A DNA stretch of 59,219 nt, counting the filler, from Sphacelaria rigidula (taxonomy: Eukaryota): the NCBI GenBank assembly GCA_964200075.2. It is 8 parts of 8 records of this genome, joined end to end, with 100 filler letters (N's around TTAATTAATTAA, not from the genome) between each part and the next. Parts side by side here need not be neighbours in the genome. Positions count along the whole stretch, not along the records: positions 44,491 to 51,805 come from CAXNAA020015485.1; positions 51,906 to 59,219 come from CAXNAA020015486.1; 6 more parts are not named here. One strand, written 5' to 3'. The translations under genes were made by a program, and so were the position numbers. Numbering within the stretch: the stretch's first letter is position 1; each line of letters starts with the position of its first letter. This document shows, one piece after another, positions 50,092 through 59,219 of this stretch. The notes beneath the pieces are model-generated. The model saw nothing but the letters and a program-made list of their open reading frames with translations. It had not been told where the DNA came from and searched no databases.

Positions 50092-50616
50092 AAGGAAATT
50101 CTGACTCCATGTCAACCTGTTCGGACAGCATGGGAAACTCCTGACCCCCCTGTCAACCTGTTCAAAAACATATGGGAAGTCCTGGCTCCCTGTCAACCTG
50201 CCCGAAAACACATGGGAAATCCTGGATCCCTGTCAGCCTTCTCGAAAACACATGGGAAACTCCTGAATCCCTGTCAACGTGTTCACACGCGCATGGGAAA
50301 CCCCTGGTCCCCTGTCAACGTGTTCACACGCGCATGGGAAACTCCTGGTCCCCTGTCAACCTGTTCGAAAACACATGGAAAATCCTGGATCTCTGTCAAC
50401 CTGTTCGAAAATAAATGGAAAATCCTGGATCTCTGTCAACCTGTTCGCACGTATAAGGGAAACTCCTGGCCCCCTGTCACCTGTTCGGAAACACATGGAA
50501 AATCCTGGATCTCTGTCAACCTGTTCGAAAATAAATGGAAAATCCTGGATCTCTGTCAACCTGTTCGCACGCGCAAGGGAAACTCCTGGCCCCCTGTCAC
50601 CTGTTCGAAAAAACAT
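50092..50616. repeat. Minisatellite, ~40-bp unit x13
   Basis: CATGGGAAACTCCTGGTCCCCTGTCAACCTGTTCGAAAACA units; the last units form a 3-unit higher-order duplication. Confidence 0.95.
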
Positions 50617-51533
50617 GATCTTGACATCTTGAGCCTTTTTCCTCGCCCATTTTCCTGTATGCAATCAAATCCTGCTTGTACCATATAGCACACAAGTCGG
50701 ACATCGAATGAAAGTTTTATGCATTTCATCTCTTGTATATATATTGTTCATACAACTTCTTGTACCATATAGCACACATTTTCCTGTATGCATTTCATCT
50801 CTTGAAATATTTGATTGACTGTCGTAGCGAAAGTAACACACAAGAGATGAAATGCATAAACTACTGTAGTGGAAACATGGGTTAGCAACGTAGTTTCTCG
50901 TTCATCCATTCGATGTCCGACTTGTATGTTGGCAACTTGCATAGTCTACGCGGTAAACAGACGAGTCGTTCATCACAAGCCAACAACATTTTTATCAGAT
51001 TATTTCCGGCATAAATCTCGGCAAAGGAATGTGTGGTGTGTGGAACCCCTGGACTCTCAAGACCGGAAGAATGTAGCCCTGCCCCCGGGACGATCATAGC
51101 GCGCAGACAGGTAGACGGTCATCTTCGAACTGATTCTCGGAGCACGCGCATGTAGACGGTCATCTTTGAATAGATTGTCAGAGCGTCCACAAGTAGACGG
51201 TCATCTTCGAATTGATGGTCGGAGTGTGCACGAGTATAGACGGTCAACGGGAACTGACGGAGCATCCGCCTGGTGGCCTCATGCAAACACATTAGCATGC
51301 AGCTTCACTCATAGCCGCTCAATCGTTGTGGATCTGGGATCATTATCACACTCATGAGTAGCTACATAGAAATTGGCAGGCGTACACCAACAATAATGGT
51401 TGACGAGCAACTGCTGCAGGCTTCATGCAATCCTGTGATCCACCGCTGCGAGTAATATTTAACAGAGGGTTCTATAAAATGAGTTTCATCAATGAAATGA
51501 GGTTCGAGCTCAAAACAGTGCTTTGTCCACGCT

Positions 51534-51805
51534 TTCAGCGATGGTGCCCAATGACTTTCTTGTCGGCCTAATGCCCCTCGATCGCGTAGATAATTCTTCA
51601 GCGCATTTTATCGACTCCGTGAGCTTACAGCGCTGTCCGAAACCGCCATTTCTACCTTTTTTTTAGGGTGGGGTGATATCAGGGAAAACAGCAGTTTCGG
51701 TCAGCGCTGTGTAAGCTCACAGAGTCGGTAAAATGCGCTGAAAAAGTATTTACGCGATCGAGGGGCATTAGGCCGACAAAAAAGTCATTGGGCACCATCG
51801 ATGAA
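51534..51805. mobile_element. Foldback MITE with ~115-bp arms, runs to contig end
   Basis: CGATGGTGCCCAATGACTTT..GTCGGCCTAATGCCCCTCGATCGCGTA and its reverse complement. Confidence 0.8.
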
Positions 51806-51905
51806 NNNNNNNNNNNNNNNNNNNNNNNNNNNNNNNNNNNNNNNNNNNNTTAATTAATTAANNNNNNNNNNNNNNNNNNNNNNNNNNNNNNNNNNNNNNN
51901 NNNNN
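51806..51905. other. Artificial contig spacer
   Basis: N44-TTAATTAATTAA-N44. Confidence 0.99.
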
Positions 51906-52215
51906 AATATTGGCATCTACTGCAGCAGATTATATTGCTATCGCAATAGATGCCGTCTATTGTCCAGGGTGTGGTATATTTCCACACGACCCTTGTGTTA
52001 TCATGATCCGGAGGAAACAAATAGTTCGTATACACTTACCGATATCATCAGAGTCCACGTACCATGCACGCACGTGCCTGCCACATTCATCGACTGCAGT
52101 AGACCATCGGATACCCGGAATATCACCCAGGCACATTAAAGTCACTGAGAGAACGGCTCCATGGCAGGTCACTGACGGGATGGCACTGGTGAACACAGAA
52201 AAACTGGCAATACAA
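51906..52215 (-). pseudogene. Possible decayed KDZ-family transposase segment
   Basis: FTSAIPSVTCHGAVLSVTLMCLGD...WYVDSDDIGKC...AAVDAN loosely follows the KDZ T.G...C.HG...M..GE...YD.AC...VD.FH order; contains stops. Confidence 0.3.
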
Positions 52216-52251
52216 CTTTGTTAACTTGATTGATTGATTTTCGCACTTTAA

Positions 52252-52380
52252 CCCTTCGGGAAGCCAGTGCTAATTTTTTTTTTTGTGAATCGGCATCATT
52301 TTGACTTGAAAATGACTGAAAATGATGTCGATTCACCAAAACAAAAATCAGCACTCCCTGGGGATCTAGTTCCCAAAGGG
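52252..52380. mobile_element. piggyBac-like MITE (129 bp)
   Basis: TTAA-CCCTTCGGGAA...TTCCCAAAGGG-TTAA. Confidence 0.8.
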
Positions 52381-55300
52381 TTAAACCGTCACAGATCCCG
52401 TGTTAGCGCGAGAACACATTTGAATTCATTTCGCAAACAGAGCAGCATGTTCCGCACGTCTCTCTTACCCAAACTATCTTTTTCACGTCCTGCACTACCC
52501 ACTACACCCATCCCCTGCAGCTTTTCACCTTCCGCCCCAACCTTTCTTCACGTATAACACCTTCTAGCCCCACCGCCCAGTGGGGGCAGGGGGGGGGCGA
52601 TTCATCGAACTAGTATTGCATACAGTAGCTGGCGATCGAGGTACTTGGCGTGGAGTGTTCTTCGCCTGTGCTAACGTGTGTGTACTTCGTCTCGTTTAGC
52701 GCGTTGTGTATAAACCGCATGCACTGATTCAAGGTCTGCCAATGAATGCCTCGCTGAAGGCCCCCATTGCACTCCTCTCGCCCGAGGGTTCTCCGTACGG
52801 CTTCGGTTTGGTTTAGGGTTGGGGTTAGGGTTCAGAGTCATTATTTCCAAAATATGAACCATGAATATTTTTGGCTCCAAACTGAGACCGACCCCACCTC
52901 GTTGACTCCCCCAGATGGCATCGTCTACTGGATGTTTATGGACCTTCCGCGGTGGGGTTTGCTTTCGATGTTTTTCAGGCATTAGGCATTCGAATATAAT
53001 AACCACGTCTAGTCTGCTGGTGGGTGTGCCATGGCTACCAGAGAGTTGCCTATACCAATCACTACCAATACAGCTAGCTGCCTGTCGAATCTTTGCGTAT
53101 TCAGCAGTACGGATTTCTAGGTTCAGGGAGACCTAGTGCATGCGTTTGCGATTGGATCGGAATCCTGTACGAGCCGTCTGTTCATACGTTTCCCAGGTTG
53201 CGAACTCCCCTCCGCATTTATTCCTATATCGTTAAGGCGATGCACCGGTGGCCAGTATTAACTTTCGCTGGTGACGGACACGACACCCGGTACTGAACTC
53301 TTGACGGAAGCATGGTGTAGTGTGCGAACACCATCGGAACCAGTGGCATCAAGGTACATGTCTGGTGAAAGAAGAACGTTTGAAATGACGCGGCGAGCGA
53401 TAGGAAAAGTGTCGTCAATCGATTCCGGGTTATTGTTCCCCAATGCATTATGCAATGTAGCCCTTCGCCGCGACGGCTCAGTTATTCAGGTCGAAATCTT
53501 CCCGCAAGGTTCGGACGTGGGTTCAAATCTCGGTGAAGTCACATTATCTGGGTCTTTCTCTCACATCATGCCTAACAGTAGAGAGTTATCATGTATGTCG
53601 TGGGTAGGCACGCAGTTCCACACCTTGGACAATATATTTTGGTCAATATTTGCCTTATGCTACTGTAGCTCTCTTTTCGGGCGTGAAACGACGGAGGAGG
53701 GCCCAAAAGGCAGTATATTTCTTGCCTGTAGTGTACGTTGTGATTAACATTTAACGGCCTGGAATCGTCATTGAGGTTCAACATTCTTATGATGTTTAAC
53801 GGACCATCGACATTTCATTTACTTTGTTCAAAAGGCTCTGGAGTCGCAAGCGGTTTCGACCACGTGCCCCTAACCCAGAAGTTTCAGCACTGGAGCGAAA
53901 GCATGATGGTGTGCAGTCCAACCGAAAAGCCGCCATCATTCATTGTGCCGCATCTATCGAGCAACCCTTACATCTAAGTGCTGCGGAACACGTGACAAAG
54001 CATGCTGAAAACATACTCCTTTGGACCAGTCATCGAGTTTTCCAGCGCCTCTTGTTGTGTATCTGAGAGGACTTCATAGTGGTGCGCCGGCATCGACCGC
54101 CGTCAGCGAAACGATCCAATGCGGCGGCAGACGCCAACGATCTTCGAAACGCAGCGTCATTCAGCAGTCTGCTGAGATGTACCATCACCACAGCAGAGCA
54201 TCACCACGGTACAGTGTTCAGATGGATAAAATGGGTGCCCCACGATAAAGCTGCAGACACACACAACGGGGGCAAGGGTCAGTCCGACGCCTGGGGTTGT
54301 TTCGCCAGTAGTGCCTATGCGAGACGCTTCATCTAGTCTGAACCAGCTATCACGCCTTTCATGGCCACCTTCGCCGTGGCTGTTATGAAAACCGGTTTCG
54401 CGGTGGAGCTGAACAACACTACTGTTGTAGTGCAACGCGCTTTCAAAACTTCGAGCCGTTTCTTTTCAATTTAAAAGCCGCGGCAGCTTTGGTTTGAATA
54501 TCCCTTCTGACGGTCCCAAACGGGTGATGATGCAGAGACGGAAAGCGCTGGCACTGTCATCCTGAGATGGGATTTGAGACAACCTCAGCGTTAGAATTAA
54601 ACCCAGGGGAAGTCCGGAAATAACGGGTTGTTTTCTTGAAAAGCAGTCGTGCATTGTTGAACAGGTGTTAAGTGTTCGAGTAAGAGAATTTCGGTTTTCA
54701 ACAAGGGAACATGTACTTACGATACCCCTGAAGACTGTCCTACATATTTCATTCCGAGCGATGTTCACCAAATATCCCCACAGTTGTGTTTCACCAAATA
54801 CCCTTAAGCCGCGAGATTAGTCATTCTGGATCATGCATACTCTTTTTCACTTGAAATTGATGCCGATTCAACAGAAGACCAACCTCGCGGTCTAAGGGTT
54901 AAACGCCTCCGGAGGGGTGCGCGGCCTTCCAGAGGAGATATTTTGGTTCCCTCCAGAGGTTGAATGCCTCCGGAGGCTTATTCTGGCCTCCGGAGGGTCG
55001 CGCATACCCCCAAATTCCTCCGGAGGGGTGCGTGGCCCTCCGGGTCGGTAGAGTTTGGTCTCCTCTAGAGGGATGGAAGGCCTCCGGAGGCTTGTTTTCC
55101 CCCTGAAGGGCCGCGCATCCCTCCGGAGGCATTTTGGGGTGTAGCCAAATGGCCGCGTGTGTGTATTCGTTGTTGGAAGCTCAAACTTGAGCGCATCTGT
55201 GTTCATGGTCCCGGAATCGCGCGGCGGCGGAACCACCGGCTTACTGCATACACACTTATTGACTGTGTGGGCAGACAAAGCTGCGCACGCTGTTCAAGTC

Positions 55301-55932
55301 ATTTTCACGCCGCACTGTGAACAGAAAACATACACAGTCCTGGGCTGTCTGTACTGCACTTTGTCCGCTTCCCTTTCACGTCCTACTGGCTGCAGTTGTG
55401 GGATGCTGCAAGAACGCGCGTTGTGGTCTATACTACAGTAGCTGACAACAGCGTGGAATCAAATTTTAGGTTCATCATTTGGGAGAGGTCAAAATCGCCA
55501 TCGAAATTTCATTTGTTTCGTACAATAGGCTCGAGATACGCAAGCAGTTTCGGCCATGCAACCCTGACCCAGAAGTTTCTAAACGGCAGCCCAAGCATGA
55601 TGAGCAGTTCAAAAGAAAACCCATCGTCTTGGTGCGGAATTTTTTCAATAGGACGTGCCTGTGAGCACTACAGAATATGTAACAGGGCGATATCCCCGTC
55701 GCCCCTTCCGCAAATACGGGGCTGGCTGTTTGCGTGCATGCATTTTTCGAAGTGAAAAGCAGGGAAAATGTAGTAGCGAGATACTCGCCTGCTGCGCAGA
55801 CAAGAGCGTTAGCTACCGCACAAATACGGCGTAATTGTTTCTCGTCATGTCTAAGGAAGACCGTGCCAACGCCTTCCCTCACCGGCTCAGGGGCCCTTTG
55901 TATGAGAGAGGAATCCATCTGCCAGAGTACAT

Positions 55933-56040
55933 GGGATTTGAACAGCCTCTGCTGTTCGAAATAAATCCTCCATGCCCGATTTCGAATTTGGAATCGGGCA
56001 TAGAGGATTTATTTCGAACAGCAGAGGCTGTTCAAATTCC
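55933..56040. repeat. Near-perfect inverted repeat (hairpin, ~50-bp stem)
   Basis: GGATTTGAACAGCCTCTGCTGTTCGAAATAAATCCTCCATGCCCGATT / AATCGGGCATAGAGGATTTATTTCGAACAGCAGAGGCTGTTCAAATTCC. Confidence 0.9.
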
Positions 56041-56619
56041 GGTTCCCAAAGCATGCGTGCCCTCAAAAACAATCCAAACGATTTCGATAGTAGAGAGTTT
56101 CGGAAAAAAAAATCTGAACTCAGGGATACACAGAGAAACAACTGGAATGTTTAAGCTTAAACCCCAGGTTTGCTTCTACATTTTTCACCACGTAGGTGTG
56201 GACCGTGGCAAACCTTTCAGGGTTTTGTATTTTCTGTTCCGAATGCCACGTGGTCGGTGCTATGAATTCAAAAGGTACAAGTCACGCCGTGTTTTCTGCG
56301 CTTGTATTTTACTCTGCGCTCACCCATGCGGTGTTACCCGTACAGCGCAGGAGTGTACATACAGGGCCGTGCTACCATAGGTTGGGTGTTTGATTCCAGG
56401 GGGAAAATACTCATGGATATTTCGGACAATCCGACAAACTCGCCGTGCGCGTGTATTTTAGTGAACTGGCGTCAATCAGTATGAATCAGCGTTATTTATC
56501 GGCAACACCACCGTTCTGAATATCGTTGCTCCTAAAATCGACTCGAAGTTGAATTTAGTGGAAGCAACGGCCCACAATACCCCCCGTCCTATCCTAGCAT
56601 GACTTAAGTTGTTATATTC

Positions 56620-56850
56620 GACAGCAGTATATTCGACTTAACGGTCGACGAGGGAAAATGACTTCTGAACCCCTCTTGCGATAAAATATAAAGGCAAGCA
56701 CCACAGAAGAAAGGCGGAGTACTGAAAACAAACAAAAAATGAAAGAACTCCTGTATTGGCCCTCGTCCTGTGTGACGCCGGCTGGTGCGCCCACGTATAC
56801 CGCGAGGTGTAGACCGGCGTCCAGAATAGATGGGACGACAACTCACACAG
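56620..56850 (+). mobile_element. SINE family A, 5'-truncated
   Basis: Reverse-complement homolog of 41497-41710. Confidence 0.75.
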
Positions 56851-57802
56851 TATCGTCAACACAGCCTCCGGATACGAACCGGGTACAGTACACAGCGTTG
56901 GGTACAAGGGCAGTGCACCACGGCGCCTGAAAGTCCTTCACAAGTCCTGCACATGTCGGTGTGTCGTAGAGCACTATCGAGTTGAGACAGCTGAGATTTG
57001 TACTGTTGTAGCACTGTTGTTGCATTGACTGTGCTGTCTGTAGACAGTTTTGTATGCTTCCTGTAGTAAGTGTTGTGTACTGCACCCTGTCTGTAGTGAA
57101 AGTGTGAGCATGCCCGTGTGTGTACGTTTGCATACTATGAGAAAGTACAGTAGTTCCCGATGAAGGTCCACTATACGCAGTAATCCTAGCTGCGTGGAGG
57201 CGAACAGGGGAACAGAGACACCTGTCGACCTGGCTAAAGATGACGTGGAAGGGCTGATGTGGGCCACTCATGCAGACGCTACGGGGATCTCGACAAAGTG
57301 GCCACACACCGGCGGTGTATCTGCGCGAGCGAACGCAAGCTTCACGTTGGGTGGCCATGTTGTCAAGTCCTCGTAGCAGCTGCTTGAGCGGTCGACTCCC
57401 GCCCTTTCGCATCATCATGAGCCAGGTCGACTGGTGTCTCGGCTTCTCCGTTCGCCTCCAAGTGCCCCTCGTAGTTTTGGTTCACCCTCGTGAACGAGCT
57501 GTCATTACCAGCGCTGTCGCGGGCGTTCACGGCATTCGCCATCGCCTCACTCACGGTATTTGTCTTCCGCACGTTACGGCTGTGTTCTGTAAGCTTGGTC
57601 GTTTTGGGGCAGTGTCTAGTTCCGTTTCATACCCCTGAGTGTGCATCAACCCTTTGGGTGGGGTGTTCAGCACCTCAGGGTTTATTTGAAAATTTGAAAC
57701 TCGATCCTGAGTTGCTGCGCATGTCTCTTCTCAGGGTTCAGTTTTCGGGATTTACCTAGGAGAATTCTTCATGTCCTGGCCTTGAATCCCAACTTTCTTA
57801 AT

Positions 57803-58012
57803 AGAGGTATCTCAAACTCGGCTCCCGGTATCCTAATTTATTCGCTGGCTGTGAGTTGTGCACTGTTTTTTCAAGTGAAAATAATCGCGACTCATGAGAG
57901 GACCTGACCTGGCAGTCACACGGTCTCATCATCTGATGAATCGGCACACTTTCACTTGAAGAAATAGAACGAAACAAACCAGGATACCGGGAGCCGAGTT
58001 TGAGATACCTCT
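57803..58012. mobile_element. MITE AGAGG..CCTCT family, AAT TSD
   Basis: TIRs as at 43342; AAT on both flanks. Confidence 0.85.
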
Positions 58013-59219
58013 AATAACCCCTAGGTTTTTCCTTATTCCTGATTCTGATTTATGTTTCCGAAACTCTCTATTGACAGACGTTCGAGGGAGACCCCAACCT
58101 TGAAAATCCTGTGAAGGATTGCGAATACCCAAGATCCTCTAGAGGGGACTTTCAAAACGGACGTCAGCTTGGGTGACGTTTCCAAAGTTCACTACAGGGT
58201 AGCCCATTGGCCGCGTGTGGTGCCATACCGTGCTTATACGTGCGGTGCCATACACTGCAGAGTTGGCGCGGCATATATGCCACGTATGGCTATACAACGT
58301 AGATGCCTACAGCTTATTTTGATGTATGGGGGTGTTATATGCCGTCAGAAACTGCAGTTCACACGCACGCGCATTCTTACAGCATATGCACACAGCTGTA
58401 GCACAGCAAGCAGGGCGTAGAACAGAAGCGAGAATCGTACAGTATAGACAGCGTAGGACCACGTATAAGTAACATGTTCGCCACCTATAGTGCGACGGGA
58501 AAAGGACTTGAACAACGTGCAACTTTGTACGGCCTGCTATTCATGATGGTTGTATGTATTCAATACGCCGGTTTTTCCCCACCCTATACAGTGAAGTTCC
58601 CTCACCGAGCGATGCCGCGATCATGAAAGACAATGCCGAAGCATCCACCAACAAGGGATACATCACACCCAACCATGGTAGTGTGTATCTATATCCCTGT
58701 GCCCAACTCGTGCTCTTCGCTGCAGGGTTGTGGTGGTGGCTGGGAATAAGTGTTGTGGTGTTTGCGCTGTTCGATCTATGAACGGCGGGTGATATATCTC
58801 CTCGGGTAATGATCTATACTATACAAGATTGCTGGGGTCCCAAAGGTACCCTGGTGGCAGTTAGGACCCAAATGCCGTCCAGAGGTTTGATGTAGTGCAA
58901 CCTCCAGAAATTTACACCCTGGAGAGTATTGTTTCCCCACATTTCCCCGGAGGCACCCTCAGTACAATTATGTGCTCAAGGGAATCTTGTGCTCTCCGGA
59001 TCATTCGCTTCATGAGTGGAACTGAGGATAAAATACCCTCCAGAGGTTATTTTTTCACTTTACCCTCGAGAGGATGAAAATCGCGACAGAGGATTTTCAA
59101 GCACGAGCCGAATTGCCACGTGTGGAATAAGAGTGCAAGATGGGTTGCAACTTAGTGGCACAAATCCCCAGCAAACGAGTTCGACTGCGTTCGTTGCTCG
59201 GAAGTGAACCGGGTTAGCG

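Noticed and set aside
50092..50616. CRISPR-like array or repetitive protein ORFs
   Set aside because: Units are contiguous with no unique spacers, there are no cas genes, and ORFs are open in several frames only because of the repeat.
11200..52215. Linked TET/JBP plus KDZ system
   Set aside because: The two remnants lie on different unlinked contigs, and both assignments are speculative.

Overview
This window is not one locus. It is eight unrelated contigs of essentially identical length (seven of 7,315 bp and one of 7,314 bp) joined by seven 100-bp spacers (44 N + TTAATTAATTAA + 44 N), as expected for a length-sorted pool of unplaced contigs. The DNA is eukaryotic and repeat-rich, with short GT-AG exons in long introns and TTAGGG-like tracts. 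The style resembles brown algae or other stramenopiles, but that is inference. Supportable host coding sequence is limited to the last two exons of an MMAA/MeaB GTPase gene (29845-30668), one copine-like C2-domain exon (16711-16818) and a phase-consistent chain of small exons of an unidentified gene in contig 1. Most of the rest is transposon-derived: a decayed RTE LINE, other LINE and chromovirus fragments, several tRNA-derived SINE families, many MITEs with readable TIRs and TSDs, minisatellites and microsatellites. Nearly all six-frame ORFs are spurious. The most unusual items are a TGT..ACA element whose TIRs are hairpins followed by tRNA-like arms (40194-40754), an internal ~27-bp motif shared by MITEs with different termini, a GACCACGG motif shared by different retroposon tails, and possible decayed KDZ-transposase and dioxygenase-like remnants. 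I found no intact novel protein-coding system.
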